From the NCBI GenBank assembly GCA_950097015.1, contig CATNEN010000007.1, positions 7,006,001 to 7,070,000 on the forward strand: a stretch of DNA of 64,000 nucleotides. The letters are read 5' to 3'. This DNA is from Macrostomum hystrix (taxonomy: Eukaryota; Animalia; Platyhelminthes). Both the position numbers and the translations under genes were made by a program. Below are positions 38,277 to 51,259 of the stretch, piece by piece (positions within the stretch are counted from its first letter, which is position 1; the number at the start of each line of letters is the position of its first letter). The notes below the pieces were generated by a model. It searched no databases. It worked only from the letters and a program-made list of their open reading frames with translations, and had not been told where the DNA came from.

Positions 38277-40423
38277 GGCCTGTCCAATGAGACTGGAACA
38301 GTCAGGGCCTGTCCAATGAGACTGGAACAGTCAGGGCCTGTCCAATGAGACTGTGGAACAGTCAGGGCCTGTCCAATGAGACTGTGGAACAGTCAGGGCC
38401 TGTCCAATGAGACTGTGGAACAGTCAGGGCCTGTCCAGTGAGACTGTGGAATAGTCAGGGCCTATCCAATGAGACTGTGGAACAGTCAGGGCCTGTCCAA
38501 TGAGACTGTGGAACAGTCAGGGCCTGTCCAATGAGACTGTGGAACAGTCAGGGCCTGTCCAATGAGACTGTGGAACAGTCAGGGCCTGTCCAATGAGACT
38601 GTGGAACAGTCAGGGCCTGTCCAATGAGACTGTGGAACAGTAAGGGCCTGTCCAATGAGACTGTGGAACAGTCAGGGCCTGTCCAATGAGACTGTGGAAC
38701 AGTCAGGGCCTGTCCAATGAGACTGTGGAACAGTCAGGGCCTGTCCAATGAGACTGTGGAACAGTCAGGGCCTGTCCAATGAGACTGTGGAATAGTCAGG
38801 GCCTATCCAATGAGACTGTGGAATAGTCAGGGCCTGTCCAATGAGACTGTGGAACAGTCAGGGCCTGTCCAATGAGACTGTGGAACAGTCAGGGCCTGTC
38901 CAATGAGACTGTGGAACAGTCAGGGCCTGTCCAGTGAGACTGTGGAATAGTCAGGGCCTATCCAATGAGACTGTGGAACAGTCAGGGCCTGTCCAATGAG
39001 ACTGTGGAACAGTCAGGGCCTGTCCAATGAGACTGTGGAACAGTCAGGGCCTGTCCAATGAGACTGTGGAACAGTCAGGGCCTGTCCAATGAGACTGTGG
39101 AACAGTCAGGGCCTGTCCAATGAGACTGTGGAACAGTCAGGGCCTGTCCAATGAGACTGTGGAACAGTCAGGGCCTGTCCAATGAGACTGTGGAACAGTC
39201 AGGGCCTGTCCAATGAGACTGTGGAACAGTCAGGGCCTGTCCAATGAGACTGTGGAACAGTCAGGGCCTGTCCAATGAGACTGTGGAACAGTCAGGGCCT
39301 GTCCAATGAGACTGTGGAACAGTCAGGGCCTGTCCAATGAGACTGTGGAACAGTCAGGGCCTGTCCAATGAGACTGTGGAACAGTAAGGGCCTGTCCAAT
39401 GAGACTGTGGAACAGTCAGGGCCTGTCCAATGAGACTGTGGAACAGTCAGGGCCTGTCCAATGAGACTGTGGAACAGTCAGGGCCTGTCCAATGAGACTG
39501 TGGAACAGTCAGGGCCTGTCCAATGAGACTGTGGAATAGTCAGGGCCTATCCAATGAGACTGTGGAACAGTCAGGGCCTGTCCAATGAGACTGTGGAACA
39601 GTCAGGGCCTGTCCAATGAGACTGTGGAACAGTCAGGGCCTGTCCAATGAGACTGTGGAACAGTCAGGGCCTGTCCAGTGAGACTGTGGAATAGTCAGGG
39701 CCTATCCAATGAGACTGTGGAACAGTCAGGGCCTGTCCAATGAGACTGTGGAACAGTCAGGGCCTGTCCAATGAGACTGTGGAACAGTCAGGGCCTGTCC
39801 AATGAGACTGTGGAACAGTCAGGGCCTGTCCAATGAGACTGTGGAACAGTCAGGGCCTGTCCAATGAGACTGTGGAACAGTCAGGGCCTGTCCAATGAGA
39901 CTGTGGAACAGTCAGGGCCTGTCCAATGAGACTGTGGAACAGTCAGGGCCTGTCCAATGAGACTGTGGAACAGTCAGGGCCTGTCCAATGAGACTGTGGA
40001 ACAGTCAGGGCCTGTCCAATGAGACTGTGGAACAGTCAGGGCCTGTCCAATGAGACTGTGGAACAGTCAGGGCCTGTCCAATGAGACTGTGGAACAGTCA
40101 GGGCCTGTCCAATGAGACTGTGGAACAGTCAGGGCCTGTCCAATGAGACTGTGGAACAGTCAGGGCCTGTCCAATGAGACTGTGGAACAGTCAGGGCCTG
40201 TCCAATGAGACTGTGGAACAGTCAGGGCCTGTCCAATGAGACTGTGGAACAGTCAGGGCCTGTCCAATGAGACTGTGGAACAGTCAGGGCCTGTCCAATG
40301 AGACTGTGGAATAGTCAAAGCCTGTCCAATGAGACTGTGGAACAGTCAGGGCCTGTCCAATGAGACTGTGGAATAGTCAAAGCCTGTCCAATGAGACTGT
40401 GGAACAAGCTCCACTCCAATGAG
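38277..40423. repeat. Very homogeneous 31-bp minisatellite GGCCTGTCCAATGAGACTGTGGAACAGTCAG, roughly 68 copies
   Basis: Directly visible. Confidence 0.97.
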
Positions 40424-40745
40424 AGAACAAGCTTGGTTCAATAAAACCTAGGATCAAGAATGTCGGCAATGGAACAATGTAAAAACTTTTACCAAAAGTT
40501 CCAAGCAAGCGGGAAATGCATCCAATCCGAGGATGAGACTAAGCTGCTCACAATTTGCTTGGGAAAAATGATAAAATTCTACGTTGATTTATAAATTTTC
40601 GTCACTTGTATGGAGGTTCGGGTTAAAGAACTCTAATTTTGTCGCATACCCTCGATTTGGTTCTAAGGTCTAAAGTGTATCTCCAATCTAAAATCAAACA
40701 AAGGACTCGATGACGTGCACAACAAAATAACTGCAGGAACAAAAA

Positions 40746-42058
40746 TCAGCAGGCCCGACGCGCGGCCAGCGCTTCGTCAACCAGCTGCAACTGGCGCAAC
40801 AGTCGCCCCCGCCTGTCCAGCAGATCGGCCAGGGTGGCGTCACCATCATCAACGCCGCCTTCATCGTCACCTTCGGCAGCATCGCCGGCAGCAGCCTGCG
40901 CCACCGACAGGCGAGCCAGGCCACCAGTCAGCGACTCGTAGCTGCCGCTGAGCGACGTGACTCGGCTCTCTTCATCCCGCCGAATCACAGACGAGGTTGG
41001 AGGCGGTGGCGGCGGTGTCTGAGTCGATTTCGACCGTCGCTGCAGACTCGACGATAGCTCGCAGTCGGCAGCCTGGATGTCACGGTGCCGGACATCGGGC
41101 CAGTCAGTCTGTACAGCGGCCGATTTGAAACCGCCCTCCGCCCAGTCGTCGGTTTGAGCCCAGCGGTCCGCAGTGCAGGCCTGCTGGCCCAGCCTGGCCA
41201 GCCGCAGGCGCAGGCGCTGCTCGATTTCGGCAGCGTGCAGCCGTTCCGATAGGTGATTGGCGACGTCGTTTAGCGGTCGCTTGAACAGGGACTGGTCGGC
41301 GTCGGCGGCAGCGGCCATCAGCGGCGACTGACTGTCGGCGGCGGCTTCGCGCGCCAGCTGGAGCCGGCGGCGTGAGCGCCATTGTGCCAGGATGTCCTCC
41401 TTCTCAGCGGATGCGTCATTCTCAGGAGCGCCTGCGGCCGCGGAAGCCGGCTCGACAAAGCGTGGGCGAAATGGCTTTTCATCGACCTCTTCCTGTGAAG
41501 GGATTTGAGAGTTTGAGGGTGGGATGAATTTGGAAATCAAATCAAGGATTCTAAGTAAGATTGTGAGATTTCGCACATGAACCAGCTCGAACTCGTCCGA
41601 GTTGGCCGTGGCTGTGTGCAGCTCCGCTTCCTCCTCGGCGGACTCGTCTGGACCGAAGCCGGCGATGCCGCCGGAGCTCCGGCTGAGGCTGCGAGGCCTC
41701 TCGCGCCGGCCGTACGGCTCAAAATGCTGCGGATTGGATCGGCGCCGAAGCTTGCCGACTCCGCCGCTGACGCCGAGCGACGCGTCTGCGGACGCTAGCG
41801 GTGGCGGTGATGAAGGCGACAAAGCAGCTGGATCGCTGGCCCCAGCAGAGGCTGCAGGCCCCAGCCACCAGAAGTCGGCGGGGTTGGCCGGCTCGCGGTC
41901 GCCACGCTGAGCCGGCGGATTAGCCCGAAACCTGGCTATGTACTGCCCGATGGTGGAGGCGTCCGGCTCGCCGGCAGATGCGGCGGCTCCGGCTCTGTGA
42001 GCAGCAACCGTGGCCCGCTGTGGGAGTTCCGTGGTGAAGAGGGGAACTTTGCATTGAG
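40746..42058 (-). CDS. PROSER3: Proline and serine-rich protein 3 homolog; 5' end uncertain
   Basis: The frame stays open upstream of the ORF-track start and reads STIGQYIARFRANPPAQRGDREPANPADFWWL (compare PROSER3 SVVAKYINRFR..P.SREER...ADFWWL). It also contains EDILAQWRSRRRLQLARE (compare EDILYQWRQRRKLEQAR) and a C-terminal DATLADLLDRRGRLLRQLQLVD helix. A probable in-frame intron lies at about 41493..41576. Confidence 0.82.
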
Positions 42059-42114
42059 CTTGGATAGAGTGACCTTTTTTGTTCTAAAAAACTGATAAGG
42101 CAGAGTTCGTCCTC

Positions 42115-42650
42115 CACTATACTAAAAATGAAATGGTTGGTTGGTTGGTTGGTTGGTTGTAATTGATTTTCTCCCGAACGGCTCAACCGATTTTCACCAT
42201 TTCTTCACCAAAAGATGCTAAATATGGGGACAATTTTACACGTATTTTTATTAAGCTGAACTTCATTGCTAAGGGGATTAAATATTCGAAAAACATGATT
42301 TTTTAAAGGTCAAACCATCTTGGCCTATTGAGAATTTCACTGACAGCCACTGAATTAGAATTGCATCGTCAAATTGCGCAACAACCCCTAGCTGATTGAA
42401 TTTGAAGCCTGCACTCTGGAGACAAATTTGAAATAAATGTACACAACCAACTGCGAGACTGAGTGTACTCTATTTTCTTACTTCATTGTACAAAGCCAGA
42501 ACTTTGAGAATTCATTTTATAAGGCAGATTTTTGCACCCACTAACCAACAGTCGGAATAGCCGATGTGTAGGCACTAGGAATAGGTTAGGCTAGGCTAGG
42601 GTTCGATTCTGCACTGGGTCAAATCATTTAGACTAATTTTCAGCCAGTAG
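42115..42650 (+). mobile_element. Probable short non-autonomous Helitron-like element; 3' end uncertain
   Basis: CTATACTAAAAATGAAA + (TGGT)n + AACGGCTCAACCGATTTTCACC mirrors the 5' layout of the Helitron at 53245. Confidence 0.45.
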
Positions 42651-42712
42651 TGATTGAAGATTATTTTATATTATTTTTTATATTTCGTAAATAAAATATC
42701 ATAAATCATAGC

Positions 42713-45700
42713 AAATCTGAGTTTGAATCATGGCTAAACCAGAGTTTGAATCATGGCTAAACCAGCGTCTGAATCATGGCTAAACCAGAGTTTGAATCAT
42801 GGCTAAACCAGAGTCTGAATCATGGCTAAACCAGAGTTTAAATCATGGCTAAACCAGAGTCTGAATCATGGCTTAACCAGAGTTTGAATCATGGCTAAAC
42901 CAGAGTCTGAATCATGGCTAAACCAGCGTCTGAATCATGGCTAAACCAGAGTTTGAACCATGGCTAAACCAGAGTCTGAATCATGGCTAAACCAGAGTTT
43001 AAATCATGGCTAAACCAGAGTCTGAATCATGGCTAAACCAGAGTTTCAATCATGGCTAAACCAGCGTCTGAATCATGGCTAAACCAGAGTTTGAATCATG
43101 GCTAAACCAGAGTCTGAATCATGGCTAAACCAGCGTCTGAATCATGGCTAAACCAGAGTCTGAATCATGGCTAAACCAGAGTCTGAATCATGGCTAAACC
43201 AGAGTTTAAATCATGGCTAAACCAGAGTCTGAATCATGGCTTAACCAGAGTTAAAATCATGGCTAAACCAGAGTTTGAAACATGGCTAAACCAGAGTCTG
43301 AATCATGGCAAAACGAGAGTTTGAATCATAGCCCGCCAGGGTTTAAAACATGGCTAAACCAGAGTTTGAATCTTGGCTAAACCAGAGTTTGAATCATAGC
43401 CAACCAGAGTCTGAATCATGGCAAAACGAGAGTTTGAATCATAGCCCACCAGGGTTTAAAACATGGCGAAACCAGAGTCTGAATCATGGCTTAACCAGAG
43501 TTTGAATCATGGCTAAACCAGAGTCTGAATCATGGCTAAACCAGCGTCTGAATCATGGCTAAACCAGAGTTTGAACCATGGCTAAACCAGAGTCTGAATC
43601 ATGGCTAAACCAGAGTTTCAATCATGGCTAAACCAGAGTCTGAATCATGGCTAAACCAGAGTTTCAATCATGGCTAAACCAGCGTCTGAATCATGGCTAA
43701 ACCAGAGTTTGAATCATGGCTAAACCAGAGTCTGAATCATGGCAAAACGAGAGTTTGAATCATAGCCCACCAGGGTTTAAAACATGGCTAAACCAGAGTT
43801 TGAATCTTGGCTAAACCAGAGTTTGAATCATAGCCAACCAGAGTCTGAATCATGGCAAAACGAGAGTTTGAATCATAGCCCACCAGGGTTTAAAACATGG
43901 CGAAACCTGAGTTTGAATCATGGCTAAACCAGAGTCTGAATCATGGCTAAACCAGAGTTTAAATCATGGCTAAACCAGAGTCTGAATCATGGCTTAACCA
44001 GAGTTTAAATCATGGCTAAACCAGAGTCTGAATCATGGCTAAACCAGAGTTTCAATCATGGCTAAACCAGAGTTTCAATCATGGCTAAACCAGCGTCTGA
44101 ATCATGGCTAAACCAGCGTCTGAATCATGGCTAAACCAGAGTCTGAATCATGGCTAAACCAGAGTTTGAATCATGGCTAAACCAGAGTTTGAAACATGGC
44201 TAAACCAGAGCTTGAATCATGGCAAAACCAGAGTCTGAATCATGGCTAAACCAGAGTTTAAATCATGGCTAAACCAGAGTTTGAATCATAGCCAACCAGA
44301 GTCTGAATCATGGCAAAACGAGAGTTTGAATCATAGCCCACCAGGGTTTAAAACATGGCTAAACCAGAGTTTGAATCTTGGCTAAACCAGAGTTTGAATC
44401 ATAGCCAACCAGAGTCTGAATCATGGCAAAACGAGAGTTTGAATCATAGCCCACCAGGGTTTAAAACATGGCGAAACCAGAGTCTGAATCATGGCTTAAC
44501 CAGAGTTTGAATCATGGCTAAACCAGAGTCTGAATCATGGCTAAACCAGCGTCTGAATCATGGCTAAACCAGAGTTTGAACCATGGCTAAACCAGAGTCT
44601 GAATCATGGCTAAACCAGAGTTTCAATCATGGCTAAACCAGAGTCTGAATCATGGCTAAACCAGAGTTTCAATCATGGCTAAACCAGCGTCTGAATCATG
44701 GCTAAACCAGCGTCTGAATCATGGCTAAACCAGAGTTTCAATCATGGCTAAACCAGAGTCTGAATCATGGCTAAACCAGCGTCTGAATCATGGCGAAACC
44801 AGAGTCTGAATCATGGCTAAACCAGAGTCTGAATCATGGCTAAACCAGAGTTTGAATCATGGCTAAACCAGAGTTTGAAACATGGCTAAACCAGAGCTTG
44901 AATCATGGCAAAACCAGAGTCTGAATCATGGCTAAACCAGAGTCTGAATCATGGCAAAACGAGAGTTTGAATCATAGCCCACCAGGGTTTAAAACATGGC
45001 TAAACCAGAGTTTGAATCTTGGCTAAACCAGAGTTTGAATCATAGCCAACCAGAGTCTGAATCATGGCAAAACGAGAGTTTGAATCATAGCCCACCAGGG
45101 TTTAAAACATGGCGAAACCTGAGTTTGAATCATGGCTAAACCAGAGTCTGAATCATGGCTAAACCAGAGTTTAAATCATGGCTAAACCAGAGTCTGAATC
45201 ATGGCTTAACCAGAGTTAAAATCATGGCTAAACCAGAGTTTGAAACATGGCTAAACCAGAGCTTGAATCATGGCAAAACCAGAGTCTGAATCATGGCTAA
45301 ACCAGAGTTTAAATCATGGCTAAACCAGAGTTTGAATCATAGCCAACCAGAGTCTGAATCATGGCAAAACGAGAGTTTGAATCATAGCCCGCCAGGGTTT
45401 AAAACATGGCTAAACCAGAGTTTGAATCTTGGCTAAACCAGAGTTTGAATCATAGCCAACCAGAGTCTGAATCATGGCAAAACGAGAGTTTGAATCATAG
45501 CCCACCAGGGTTTAAAACATGGCGAAACCAGAGTCTGAATCATGGCTTAACCAGAGTTTGAATCATGGCTAAACCAGAGTCTGAATCATGGCTAAACCAG
45601 AGTTTCAATCATGGCTAAACCAGAGTTTGAACCATGGCTAAACCAGAGTCTGAATCATGGCTAAACCAGAGTTTCAATCATGGCTAAACCAGAGTCTGAA

Positions 45701-48258
45701 TCATGGCTAAACCAGAGTTTCAATCATGGCTAAACCAGAGTCTGAATCATGGCTAAACCAGCGTCTGAATCATGGCTAAACCAGAGTTTGAATCATGGCT
45801 AAACCAGAGTCTGAATCATGGCAAAACGAGAGTTTGAATCATAGCCCACCAGGGTTTAAAACATGGCTAAACCAGAGTTTGAATCTTGGCTAAACCAGAG
45901 TTTGAATCATAGCCAACCAGAGTCTGAATCATGGCAAAACGAGAGTTTGAATCATAGCCCACCAGGGTTTAAAACATGGCGAAACCTGAGTTTGAATCAT
46001 GGCTAAACCAGAGTCTGAATCATGGCTAAACCAGAGTTTAAATCATGGCTAAACCAGAGTCTGAATCATGGCTTAACCAGAGTTTAAATCATGGCTAAAC
46101 CAGAGTCTGAATCATGGCTAAACCAGAGTTTCAATCATGGCTAAACCAGCGTCTGAATCATGGCTAAACCAGCGTCTGAATCATGGCTAAACCAGAGTCT
46201 GAATCATGGCTAAACCAGAGTTTGAATCATGGCTAAACCAGAGTTTGAAACATGGCTAAACCAGAGCTTGAATCATGGCAAAACCAGAGTCTGAATCATG
46301 GCTAAACCAGAGTTTAAATCATGGCTAAACCAGAGTTTGAATCATAGCCAACCAGAGTCTGAATCATGGCAAAACGAGAGTTTGAATAATAGCCCACCAG
46401 GGTTTAAAACATGGCTAAACCAGAGTTTGAATCTTGGCTAAACCAGAGTTTGAATCATAGCCAACCAGAGTCTGAATCATGGCAAAACGAGAGTTTGAAT
46501 CATAGCCCACCAGGGTTTAAAACATGGCGAAACCAGAGTCTGAATCATGGCTTAACCAGAGTTTGAATCATGGCTAAACCAGAGTCTGAATCATGGCTAA
46601 ACCAGCGTCTGAATCATGGCTAAACCAGAGTTTGAACCATGGCTAAACCAGAGTCTGAATCATGGCTAAACCAGAGTTTCAATCATGGCTAAACCAGAGT
46701 CTGAATCATGGCTAAACCAGAGTTTCAATCATGGCTAAACCAGCGTCTGAATCATGGCTAAACCAGCGTCTGAATCATGGCTAAACCAGAGTTTGAATCA
46801 TGGCTAAACCAGAGTCTGAATCATGGCTAAACCAGCGTCTGAATCATGGCGAAACCAGAGTCTGAATCATGGCTAAACCAGAGTCTGAATCATGGCTAAA
46901 CCAGAGTTTGAATCATGGCTAAACCAGAGTTTGAAACATGGCTAAACCAGAGCTTGAATCATGGCAAAACCAGAGTCTGAATCATGGCTAAACCAGAGTC
47001 TGAATCATGGCAAAACGAGAGTTTGAATCATAGCCCACCAGGGTTTAAAACATGGCTAAACCAGAGTTTGAATCTTGGCTAAACCAGAGTTTGAATCATA
47101 GCCAACCAGAGTCTGAATCATGGCAAAACGAGAGTTTGAATCATAGCCCACCAGGGTTTAAAACATGGCGAAACCTGAGTTTGAATCATGGCTAAACCAG
47201 AGTCTGAATCATGGCTAAACCAGAGTTTAAATCATGGCTAAACCAGAGTCTGAATCATGGCTTAACCAGAGTTAAAATCATGGCTAAACCAGAGTTTGAA
47301 ACATGGCTAAACCAGAGCTTGAATCATGGCAAAACCAGAGTCTGAATCATGGCTAAACCAGAGTTTAAATCATGGCTAAACCAGAGTTTGAATCATAGCC
47401 AACCAGAGTCTGAATCATGGCAAAACGAGAGTTTGAATCATAGCCCACCAGGGTTTAAAACATGGCTAAACCAGAGTTTGAATCTTGGCTAAACCAGAGT
47501 TTGAATCATAGCCAACCAGAGTCTGAATCATGGCAAAACGAGAGTTTGAATCATAGCCCACCAGGGTTTAAAACATGGCGAAACCAGAGTCTGAATCATG
47601 GCTTAACCAGAGTTTGAATCATGGCTAAACCAGAGTCTGAATCATGGCTAAACCAGCGTCTGAATCATGGCTAAACCAGAGTTTGAACCATGGCTAAACC
47701 AGAGTCTGAATCATGGCTAAACCAGAGTTTCAATCATGGCTAAACCAGAGTCTGAATCATGGCTAAACCAGAGTTTCAATCATGGCTAAACCAGCGTCTG
47801 AATCATGGCTAAACCAGCGTCTGAATCATGGCTAAACCAGAGTTTCAATCATGGCTAAACCAGAGTCTGAATCATGGCTAAACCAGCGTCTGAATCATGG
47901 CGAAACCAGAGTCTGAATCATGGCTAAACCAGAGTCTGAATCATGGCTAAACCAGAGTTTGAATCATGGCTAAACCAGAGTTTGAAACATGGCTAAACCA
48001 GAGCTTGAATCATGGCAAAACCAGAGTCTGAATCATGGCTAAACCAGAGTCTGAATCATGGCAAAACGAGAGTTTGAATCATAGCCCACCAGGGTTTAAA
48101 ACATGGCTAAACCAGAGTTTGAATCTTGGCTAAACCAGAGTTTGAATCATAGCCAACCAGAGTCTGAATCATGGCAAAACGAGAGTTTGAATCATAGCCC
48201 ACCAGGGTTTAAAACATGGCGAAACCTGAGTTTGAATCTTGGCTAACCCAGTGTTTGA
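42713..48258. repeat. 5.5-kb satellite, 23-bp unit GAATCATGGCTAAACCAGAGTCT, with higher-order structure
   Basis: Directly visible, with recurring variant blocks (CATAGCCCACCAGGGTTTAAAA, AAACCTGAG). Confidence 0.97.
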
Positions 48259-48262
48259 AAAA

Positions 48263-49970
48263 TCAACGTCAACTGGGGAGTCATCATCAAAATGGGGATC
48301 ATGGTGAACTGGGGGATAATCGTCAACTGGGGGATCATGGTAAACTGGGGGATAATTGTCAACTGGGGGATCATTGTCAACTGGGGGATCATTGTCAACT
48401 GGGGGATCATTGTCAACTGGGGGATCATTGTCAACTGGGGGATCATCGTCAACTGGGGGATCATTGTCAACTGGGGTATCATTTTCAACTGGGGGATCAT
48501 TGTCAACTAGGGGATCATTGTCCACTGGGGAATGATTGTCAACTGGGTGATCATTGTCAACTGGGGGATCATTGTCAACTGGGGGATCATTGTCAACTGT
48601 AGGATCATTGTCAACTAGGGGATCATGGCCAACTGGGGATCATTGTGAACTGGGTGATCATTGTCAACTGGGGGATCATCTTCAACTGGGGGATCATTGT
48701 CAACTGGGAGATCATTGTAAACTGGGGGATCATCATCAACTGGGGGATCATTGTCAACTGGGGGATCATTGTCAACTGTAGGATCATTGTCAACTAGGGG
48801 ATCATGGCCAACTGGGGATCATTGTGAACTGGGTGATCATTGTCAACTGGGGGATCATCTTCAACTGGGGGATCATTGTCAACTGGGAGATCATTGTAAA
48901 CTGGGGGATCATCATCAACTGGGGGATCATTGTCAACTGTGGGATCATTGTCAACTAGGGGATCATGGCCAACTGGGGATCATTGTGAACTGGGTGATCA
49001 TTGTCAACTGGGGGATCATCTTCAACTGGGTGATCATTGTCAACTGGGGTATCATTGTAAACTGGGGGATCATTGTCCACTGGGGAATGATTGTCAACTG
49101 GGTAATCATTGTCAACTGGGTAATCATTGTCAACTGGGGGATCATTGTCAACTGGGGGATCATTGTCAACTGGGGGATCATTGTCAACTGGGGGATCATT
49201 GTAAACTGGGGGATCATTTTCAACTGGGAGATCATTGTAAACTGGGGAATCATCATCAACTGGGGGATCATTGTAAACTGGGGGATCATTGTCAACTGTG
49301 GGATCATTGTCAACTAGGGGATCATGGCCAACTGGGGATCATTGTGAACTGGGGGATCATTGTCAACTGGGGGAACATTGTCAACTGGGGGATCATTGTC
49401 AACTGGGAGATCATTGTAAACTGGGGAATCATCATCAACTGGGGGATCATTGTAAACTGGGGGATCATTGTCAACTGTGGGATCATTGTCAACTAGGGGA
49501 TCATGGCCAACTGGGGATCATTGTGAACTGGGGGATCATTGTCAACTGGTGGATCATTGTCAACTGGGAGATCATTGTCAACTGGGGGATCATTGTCAAC
49601 TGGGGGATCATTGTCAACTGGAGGATCATTGTCAACTGGGTGATCATTATCAACTGGGGGATCATTGTCAACTGGGGGATCATTGTCAACTGTGGGATCA
49701 TTGTCAACTGGGGGATCATTGTCAACTGGTGGATCATTGTCAACTGGGAGATCATTGTCAACTGGGGGATCATTGTCAACTGGGGGATCATTGTCAACTG
49801 GGGGATCATTGTCAACTGGGTGATCATTATCAACTGGGGGATCATTGTCAACTGGGGGATCATTGTCAACTGGGGGATCATTGTCAACTGGGGGATCATT
49901 ATCAACTGGGGGATCATTGTCAACTGGGGGATCATTATCAACTGGGGGATCATTGTCAACTGATCATTGT
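48263..49970. repeat. 18-bp minisatellite GGGGGATCATTGTCAACT directly abutting the 23-bp satellite
   Basis: Directly visible. It accounts for the LGDHCQ, WGIIVN, LTMIPQ and VDNDPP ORFs. Confidence 0.97.
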
Positions 49971-50399
49971 AGCGCAAAAAAGGCTGACAATACAGCTGCT
50001 AAAAAGTATATACTGGACGAGTTAAAAATATTTCTGCTCCCCGAAGGGGGGCAAAACTTGCTAGTTACTTTCTTAAATTTAACTTTAGCTTGCTAGAAAA
50101 TTGTCAAAGCAGATCGTAAATCTGTTTAGCTATCATTTTATGCTTTTCTAAATAGGTTGCTAAATCCTTGCAAAATATATAAGCATAAAACAAAGCAATG
50201 TTTTATATGCTAGTATTAATGCAAGAAACTGACATACATTTCTAAAAAAATACTAAAATATTATAAACTTATATCTATTCGTCAATATATGTGTAGCGAT
50301 GAGAATAGTTTATTGCAGTGCTATACTTTCTGGCAGACAGTCTAGCCAGCGCTAGTGAAGTCGAACTCAAAGCCCCTCAAACTCCGCCTAGTTGAGGTG

Positions 50400-51259
50400 G
50401 GCTTAGTGCACCGCTCGACGCTATGCTAATCTCTGCTCTGCCGACTTGAATTTTCACCTGCTTGATTACTTGAATTCAAAGACCGTATCTAGCACCTAGT
50501 GAAAACGCATGGAAAAGTTGTGAGAAAAGCCATACAACGCAGAGTTGCGTGACACACTCGACACTGAGCTTATAAAGACGGATGAGGTCGTTAAACTTCA
50601 CAAAGTTGTCGATAGACTTCTCGAGATGGCCTCCAAGCTAATCAAAACGGAGCCAGACAATTAGAACATTACTTGGGTTTTGAAGCCAGATGGCAACGCC
50701 AGTCGACCAGATGTAGTAGATAATGCAACGATTGGCGAGACGATGTGGTGGCTTGAAAACCAGCAAGAAGAGTTCAGAGTCCACAAAAACAAAACTGCAC
50801 ATATCTATGGCGCTATGCGAGTCGAGAGTTACTGAGATCTTCTGGTGCAGTTCTGCGAAAAGAGAGTTCGGGATTCGAAATCTGACACTGAAAATTTGTT
50901 CCTAACCCGGTGGGGCTAGGCGACACTCTAGATGCGACAACGTGCCGCGATGAAAAAAAATACAGCGGATAACGAACTCAGCATATCGGAAGTATATCGA
51001 GTCTTCGAGCAAGATACTGCTTGACCCTGAGACACAGAGGGCTGACTCAAGGTGACTAGTGCATCAAGAAAATGTTGCCAGACAGTCGTATAAGACAACT
51101 GTTGCTCGCGAAACAATTGCCGCTAAAATTTTGAGTCGTGGTATGCTAACAACCATTGTAGATCCTAACCAAGACAGTGATTTGGCTGAATTGAAGCAAC
51201 AAAATCCAGTGGACAACGTAACATCCAACAGACTTTCCTCAGGAGAATCTGCAGCCTAA
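50400..51259 (+). pseudogene. Decayed tyrosine recombinase (Crypton-like YR element remnant)
   Basis: Manual translation across stops gives GNASRPDVVDNATIGE (catalytic R), FRVHKNKTAHIYGA (K) and ENLFLTRWG. After a frameshift at or before the A-run near 50953 it gives RITNSAYRKYIES (second R) and LVHQENVARQSY (H and Y). The order is correct for R-K-R-H-Y. Confidence 0.75.

Noticed and set aside
48169-50096. Hexapeptide-repeat ORFs resembling left-handed beta-helix proteins (LGDHCQ)
   Set aside because: The 18-bp satellite is open in many frames with frequent frameshifting indels and no splice context.
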